Translations under genes and position numbers: made by a program | DNA from: Rhodothermales bacterium | Lineage (GTDB): Bacteria > Bacteroidota > Rhodothermia > Rhodothermales > Bin80 | Reading direction: 5' to 3' | NCBI GenBank assembly: GCA_022821875.1 | Contig: JAJECV010000142.1 | Location: 16,869-80,868, forward strand | DNA length: 64,000 nucleotides | In this document: piece after piece, positions 59,901-64,000 of the stretch | Layout: each line of letters opens with the position of its first letter | Numbering within the stretch: position 1 is the stretch's first letter | Notes under the pieces: model-generated | What the model was told of the DNA's origin: nothing | Databases searched by the model: none | Seen by the model: the letters and a program-made list of their open reading frames with translations, nothing else

Positions 59901-60398
59901 CCATTCAACCCTTTGCAGTCCGAATGATACCGAGCGCTTGGCGCGCCATACGCCCCCGCCGACGGAGGCAACATACCATGTATCATGGGAAGGATCGTCT
60001 GGATCCAGTATGATTGCCCGGCTTCTTCCGCCCACATTTCCCGGTCCACGCTCGATCCAGTTTAACGGGGTTGCAGTGCGACCGTTTTTTGCATTCACCG
60101 CAACGGCTTTTTGGAATTCCCGCATCTTGTGTCCCGGCGGATAGGGGGCATACCCGTCATTCAGTCCCTCAACCGCCGCAAAGTACTCCGCAAATTTGTC
60201 GGGATATCCAAACGGATCTTTGATATATCTGGATTTTTCAGATCTTGAAGCAGGCTCGGTTGGGGGAGTGGTTGCGGGGAGCAATAAAACTCCAACCGAT
60301 AGTATAACAAGCAATAACGCTGCTATACTGATAAAGGAGGCTTCTCCTTTCAAAACTGCTCTCAGATGTGTTATTTTCATGAGATTGATGGAATGCAA
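56949..60398 (-). CDS. BNR/Asp-box beta-propeller protein with T9SS C-terminal sorting domain, copy 2
   Basis: Collinear with copy 1, with long identical peptide stretches at both ends. It has an extra ~30-aa insertion ('...GAVTVFLNRTWPYLDGREDAAEGGG...'). Confidence 0.8.
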   Translation of the reverse strand: MHSINLMKITHLRAVLKGEASFISIAALLLVILSVGVLLLPATTPPTEPASRSEKSRYIKDPFGYPDKFAEYFAAVEGLNDGYAPYPPGHKMREFQKAVAVNAKNGRTATPLNWIERGPGNVGGRSRAIILDPDDPSHDTWYVASVGGGVWRAKRSVSFGLQRVEWTPLTDDLPSLAATTLDLSRNNPNVMYFGTGEGFFNVDAASGIGIFKTTDKGETWTHLTASAVTNDRDWRYINRLAVHPDNPDIVVAVTNGAIFRTEDGGRSFTKVHDVGRLRVQDLKVNPNDFNIQFASVGGFSILKSTDGGKTWQNSFSSFVHGAARIELAISPSQPEVIWASVEGAGGNRQDLDLYNRPAPIDDLYRSLDNGNTWQLLEFSSNAASTEKTFLGNQGWFDNSIAVHPFSSDTVYVGGVFRWKAWVDSDRTFEIEGPSRFYSNAPFLDFISFGASFAGGRLDAGYRLVEDGEAQDITVEEMTSVEVRFGPGLTQMAHRYTVDPNGGRNGDGGAGIALGDYLYADYAEVPFQVWDTDNNRQLMVSFRDQARDGEWSPILPNTDGPGDTHSREYIFISKYDYDASASRSEYTEQGGFTKGLMYFFWPVLNAASDVAWDPDAPQPGILDIDFSTLEGRYRTTKLWENGDVHVDHHGFTIVPINQSTNEFRILNVNDGGVAYSLDSGENWWQADETAGYSTAQFYDATKHPRIARYLGGTQDNGTWLSNLNPSDRGGWQDEEVLGGDGFDVIWKGNDSLMASAQGNLIGQSFRGGEFRFDQTILDFEGQFLTSIGWTPASKDVVFSISPEDGLLRSLEFGDNWHAVKPPNIAAWGGGNGGKVRVSLADPNVVWAGYRLTRAGGGITLHVSETARNSISTSTSGVEGAVTVFLNRTWPYLDGREDAAEGGGTIEIRPVSTPNFTPIAPFSGLATHPLERATAYVTFAVPCLPKVVRTTDMGDTWEDLSGFRGTANCESTNGFPDAKVWDIEVFPDTPQVIWAATDMGIFESRDDGETWAYLDSGLPAVSVWRIRIVGDEVVLATHGRGIWALNLNQVQKTDRTNTASELPDSFELLSNYPNPFNPSTTVSFRVAAESHIRVSVFDMLGRKVATLTDQPYTGGTHQVQWDASEMASGQYIYRMEANGKLVGAKAMLLLK

Positions 60399-60434
60399 AG
60401 GTGATTGTAGGAGTAAATCATATAAAAAATTCCG

Positions 60435-60465
60435 AAATGGATTCTAATTTCGTTAGAATCCATTT
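60435..60465. promoter_or_regulatory. Perfect 13-bp inverted repeat aaatggattctaa-tttcg-ttagaatccattt in a divergent intergenic region
   Basis: Arms verified as exact reverse complements. Both flanking genes (60398 minus strand, 60540 plus strand) are transcribed away from it. Confidence 0.35.
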
Positions 60466-60539
60466 TGCTGATGAATCAATAGGATCGGCGACGACTGTAC
60501 AGTAACAACAGCCTTGCCTGCACTAAGATAAGACAATCA

Positions 60540-62450
60540 ATGAAATTTTCTTGGCATTCAAGCTTTTTAGGGCAATGGATCTGCCAAGTCGGATTATGTG
60601 CTTCGATTTTTGCGTTGGGCCTTATCGGTGTTGATCGTATGCACCTCTCCCTCGTGTTTGGTTTAGTGGTCTGCGGCAGTATGTGCTGGATACTGTGCTG
60701 GCGCATGGGAAAATTTTCCATCAAAATCATCCTTGTGTATGCTATTCTGTTCCGGCTATCTCTCCTTGGGCTTCCTCCTTCTCTTTCGGATGATGCCTAT
60801 CGATATGTGTGGGATGGCCTGATTCAGCATGAAGGGGTTAATCCGTATAAATTTGCTCCGGAAGAGGTTCCTCTTGAGGACATTCAGCAAGACCTCACAT
60901 TTGAGCGTCTGAATTCAAAAACCTTTATCAGCGTCTATCCACCCTTTTCGCAGTTAATTTTCCGGGCAGGGACTACATGGCATGAGCCCGATGGGTTTCT
61001 GAGTTACTATCTCGTCAAGGGGGGATTGATTCTGGCTGAACTGATTGCGGTCTTCATGCTTGCCCGGCTTGTATCAGCAGGCTTTGTTCTTTTATATGCA
61101 TGGAATCCCGTTGTCATTCTGGAAACAGCAGGTCAGGCACATACCGAGTCACTCCTTCTTCTGGCATTGATTTCGGTGATTTATCTGGCACGGAATCAGC
61201 AGGGTAGATGGGCCTCTGTTTTTCTTGCAATCGGAGGTTGGGTCAAATTATTTCCTTTCCTTTTCTTCCCCTATTTGTGGAGGCGCTGCGGCTGGAATGC
61301 TGTCTGGCCGGGAGCGATCACTGCAATTGTACTTGCCCTTCCATTTGCGGCACCCTATGTTCTCGGTAACGTTTCGGGGTCGCTTGACCTGTATGCCCGG
61401 TTTTTTGAATTTAACTCTGGTCTTTATTACAGCCTCAAGGCTGTCATGCAGGGGCTTACAGGGGAGGACTGGAGTAAACAACTGGGGCCTTTTTTACGAT
61501 TAATCTTTCTTTGCAGCCTTCCGGTTTTGTATCTCCTGGATCGGGTGCAACACTGGTCTTTTGCCCAGGCAATGCTCATTACAACCGGCTGCTATCTTTT
61601 CCTGACAACAACCGTTCATCCATGGTACTTATTGGTTCCGTTGTTTTTGACCGCAGGTATACAGGCTTACGGATGGCATTGGATTTGGCTTGGAATGTGG
61701 AGTGCGGCAACCTATCTCCTGTATGTGGGCGGGCCATATTGGACATTTGTCATTATTGGCTGGGCAGGATGGGGGATTATTGGAATGCTTCAATATGCTC
61801 CGAAATGGCTCCAGAGTCTGATGCGTGCAAGGGCCTATAAAAAATTCAAGAAAATCCAACCCTTCTTCCCGCAGGACAGCAGTACAAAGACCGTTCTGGA
61901 CCTAGGCTGTGCAGAGGGATATGTGGGGGAATATATTCAGAAAGAACTGGGAGCAAGTATTTTGCTTGCGGATATTGTTTTTATGAATCAAACCGACCTT
62001 CCCTATGTACGACTAAAGCAGGAATATTTGCCGTGGCCATCAAAGCATTTTGATGTCGTACTTCTCTACTGTGTACTGCATCATTCAAAGGATACAGAAC
62101 TGTTGCTCCGTGAGGTGCTTCGCGTCTGTCGGGGCAGGGTCATTGTAGCGGAATCCGTTTATACAACATCATTTCAACGAGCCCTCCTCAAGATGGCAGA
62201 TCAACTGGCGAACCGGTTACGCTCATTTGGGAAGATGAATACACAGGAAGAGTATTTGCACTTCCGAACTTCAAAGCAGTGGCGTAAACTATTTCTGGCA
62301 AATAACGCAAATATACTTGCGGAATTTGAATCTGGGGCAATTCCGTTTACCACCGCCGGATTCGTTCTTCAACCTGGTCCAATACCAGAAAAATCTACGA
62401 CGGCTTATGTCCGTGGCGGAAATGCATCCTCTAACGCGGCCTCTCCATGA
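60540..62450 (+). CDS. GT-C-fold membrane glycosyltransferase (DUF2029/GT87-like) fused to a class I SAM methyltransferase domain
   Basis: 'PPSLSDDAYRYVWDGLIQHEGVNPY' plus about 10 TM helices. The C-terminal ~190 aa carry 'VLDLGCAEGYVG' and 'FDVVLLYCVLHH'. The start codon is uncertain. Confidence 0.6.
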   Translation: MKFSWHSSFLGQWICQVGLCASIFALGLIGVDRMHLSLVFGLVVCGSMCWILCWRMGKFSIKIILVYAILFRLSLLGLPPSLSDDAYRYVWDGLIQHEGVNPYKFAPEEVPLEDIQQDLTFERLNSKTFISVYPPFSQLIFRAGTTWHEPDGFLSYYLVKGGLILAELIAVFMLARLVSAGFVLLYAWNPVVILETAGQAHTESLLLLALISVIYLARNQQGRWASVFLAIGGWVKLFPFLFFPYLWRRCGWNAVWPGAITAIVLALPFAAPYVLGNVSGSLDLYARFFEFNSGLYYSLKAVMQGLTGEDWSKQLGPFLRLIFLCSLPVLYLLDRVQHWSFAQAMLITTGCYLFLTTTVHPWYLLVPLFLTAGIQAYGWHWIWLGMWSAATYLLYVGGPYWTFVIIGWAGWGIIGMLQYAPKWLQSLMRARAYKKFKKIQPFFPQDSSTKTVLDLGCAEGYVGEYIQKELGASILLADIVFMNQTDLPYVRLKQEYLPWPSKHFDVVLLYCVLHHSKDTELLLREVLRVCRGRVIVAESVYTTSFQRALLKMADQLANRLRSFGKMNTQEEYLHFRTSKQWRKLFLANNANILAEFESGAIPFTTAGFVLQPGPIPEKSTTAYVRGGNASSNAASP

Positions 62451-62463
62451 GACAGAGTTATTA

Positions 62464-63465
62464 TCAAGGCAGCCTCAGGACATTTTCCAATAACTCGTCT
62501 ACCGGCGTTTGCGCACAAATGCGGCGATAGGCTTTATAGCGGCGAAGCCAGGTCAGTTGCCGTTTGGCGTAGCGCCGGCTGTTTCGTTTGATGAGTTCAA
62601 CCATACGGTCCCGGTTATAGAGGCCGTCAAGGTATGCCATTGGTTCCTGATAGCCAATTGATTTCAGTGCACTCAATGATGGATCCAGGTTCAGATCCCG
62701 AATCCGCCGGTTTTCCTCAATAAGGCCTAATTTCAGCATTCCGTCTACGCGTTGTTCGATGCGTTCGTAGAGGGTCGGGCGTTCCAGAGTAAGTACGGTA
62801 ACCGAAAATTTATGAGACAACGGGAGCGATCTGCCATGAAATTCTGACAGGGGAGTACCGGTTAATTCATAAACCTCCAGTGCACGAACCAGTCGGGAGG
62901 TTTTTGTGGGATCCATCGAGCTGGCTGACGGGGGATCTATTTTCGCCAGTTCTTTATGGAGGGCTTCTTTTCCAAGTTTCTCCAGTCGTTTTTCAATATC
63001 TGCCCGTACGGCAGGATCGGAGGGAACAGTCGGAGACAGGCCATGCACCAGTGCATGCAGGTAGAGTGTAGCGCCTCCGACCACAATTGGAACATGACCG
63101 CGTTCGAAAATCTCATTAATGCGCAGGGAGGCCTGACTGGCAAACAAACCTGCAGAATACGGTTCCCCAAGATTTAGTTCGTCAATGAAATGGTGCGGGG
63201 CCTGTGCCAGTTCATCGGCGCTCGGTTTTGCGGATCCAATGGTAAGTTCCCGGTAGATCTGCCGACTGTCCACGGAAACAATCTCTCCGCCCAGGGCCTG
63301 TGCGAGTCTCAAGCCCAGGGCCGTCTTACCGGTTGCGGTAGGCCCCGTAATGACATGGATCGGGGAAGTAACTGGCCTAATAGGTGGGGTAACTTGCGTC
63401 AATTTCCTTACTCCATGCCAGCGTCCCTCCACGGAGATTTTTCGTATTTGTGAGGCCCGCCGCAC
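62464..63465 (-). CDS. miaA: tRNA dimethylallyltransferase
   Basis: 'ITGPTATGKTALG', 'VSVDSRQIYREL.IGSAKP' and 'GGATLYLHAL'. The ATG at 63465 overlaps the rhodanese gene by 89 nt. An in-frame TTG at 63402 is an alternative start. Confidence 0.88.
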   Translation of the reverse strand: MRRASQIRKISVEGRWHGVRKLTQVTPPIRPVTSPIHVITGPTATGKTALGLRLAQALGGEIVSVDSRQIYRELTIGSAKPSADELAQAPHHFIDELNLGEPYSAGLFASQASLRINEIFERGHVPIVVGGATLYLHALVHGLSPTVPSDPAVRADIEKRLEKLGKEALHKELAKIDPPSASSMDPTKTSRLVRALEVYELTGTPLSEFHGRSLPLSHKFSVTVLTLERPTLYERIEQRVDGMLKLGLIEENRRIRDLNLDPSLSALKSIGYQEPMAYLDGLYNRDRMVELIKRNSRRYAKRQLTWLRRYKAYRRICAQTPVDELLENVLRLP

Positions 63466-63724
63466 GCAGGAATCTTACCGCCTGGGCGGATCTTCCTCCT
63501 GAGCGGCAGTGAACAACGATCATATCGTCTTCGCGGTGTGGCTCAAGTTCATCCATCCGATCCGAGAGCTGGTTCAGGGGGATCAGGTGACCGCCTAGAT
63601 TTACGATCTCATACTCCGATTCCTCCCGAACATCAAGGAGGAATGGTTGCTCGTCACTGTCCATAAATTGTTTTAGTTCCTGAACCGTGATTTCAGGAAC
63701 ATGATCTTGGGATAATCCAGCCAT
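63377..63724 (-). CDS. Rhodanese-like sulfurtransferase domain protein
   Basis: Active-site loop 'VHCRSGGRSAQA' and 'LRGGTLAWSKE'. Confidence 0.85.
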   Translation of the reverse strand: MAGLSQDHVPEITVQELKQFMDSDEQPFLLDVREESEYEIVNLGGHLIPLNQLSDRMDELEPHREDDMIVVHCRSGGRSAQAVRFLRAAGLTNTKNLRGGTLAWSKEIDASYPTY

Positions 63725-64000
63725 TTAAGGTCGTTTGTTACGAAGAAATTAGAATGAATTACACTGAGACGCTCAGGCCGTCGACTGGTTCATTTCATAG
63801 TTCCCTTCACGTTGGGTTCGGGTAGCATGTCTCTTACAATATAACAGGGGGTGCAAAAGGCTGGCTGTTGAGATGGACCAAAGCACCTTGATGGCTTTTT
63901 AAGGCATAAAATGCAGTTTTCCCCTCTATGCCGTAATTTATGGCTGTTTTCTCTTTCGTGCGCAACGAAGGGTGACATGTATAGAAAAGGGGGACCCTAC

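Noticed and set aside
53462-60398. Diversity-generating retroelement (template/variable repeat) hypothesis for the two paralogues
   Set aside because: No reverse transcriptase gene lies nearby. Differences between the copies involve all base types along the whole length rather than adenine-specific changes confined to a short 3' region.
63790-63978. 62-aa minus-strand ORF at the window end
   Set aside because: It is short with no recognisable features and lies close to the window edge. I also looked here for tmRNA, RNase P and SRP RNA signatures and found none.
1-64000. Mobile-element boundaries (integrase, transposase, tRNA-adjacent att sites, long terminal inverted repeats) for the low-GC inserts
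   Set aside because: None is recognisable by eye. The only shared strings flanking the FRG island are 8-mers (catgtctg), which is compatible with chance.

Overview
This is a 64-kb chromosomal window, apparently from an FCB-group bacterium (Bacteroidota, Rhodothermota or Balneolota-like). The lineage call rests on a SusC/SusD pair, at least three T9SS C-terminal sorting domains, a GWxTD protein and lipobox or signal-peptide N-termini. All family calls come from reading the translated ORFs and recognising motifs; no database search was run.

I support about 45 protein genes. I saw no rRNA, tRNA, CRISPR array, transposase or integrase.

Gene content in order:
- A partial surface-glycan cluster: YfhO-like protein, GT4, WecB, pyruvyl transferase, GT4.
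- A YbbR-like protein and a membrane protein.
- A dispersed menaquinone cluster: menF-menD-[helicase]-menB-menA-[frameshifted methyltransferase]-menC(reverse)-[low-GC island]-menE.
- A broken LRR/T9SS surface-protein gene.
- A Tat-FAD oxidoreductase plus a membrane-anchored multihaem cytochrome with TPR repeats.
- Housekeeping genes: murA, cysteine desulfurase, DUF2064, thrB, thrC, purM, plsY, gpsA.
- An AlbA_2/wHTH protein.
- SusC/SusD, a GWxTD protein and an ASPIC/UnbV-type (CRTAC1-like) lipoprotein.
- An SRAP protein, an M24 peptidase, a GT4 and an RsbW-like kinase.
- Two tandem ~1130-aa BNR/Asp-box T9SS paralogues.
- A GT-C::methyltransferase fusion, miaA and a rhodanese.

The best candidate for something undescribed is a roughly 2.4-kb AT-rich cassette at about 19.3-21.7 kb. 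It holds five tightly packed same-strand ORFs ending in an FRG-domain protein and sits between menC and menE. The second candidate is a 1204-aa DinG-family helicase with an apparently dead exonuclease-like N-domain, also lower in GC and also interrupting the men cluster.

Other points: three or four single-base homopolymer contractions break two genes, several perfect palindromes lie in divergent intergenic regions, and the tandem duplication has a visible junction relic.
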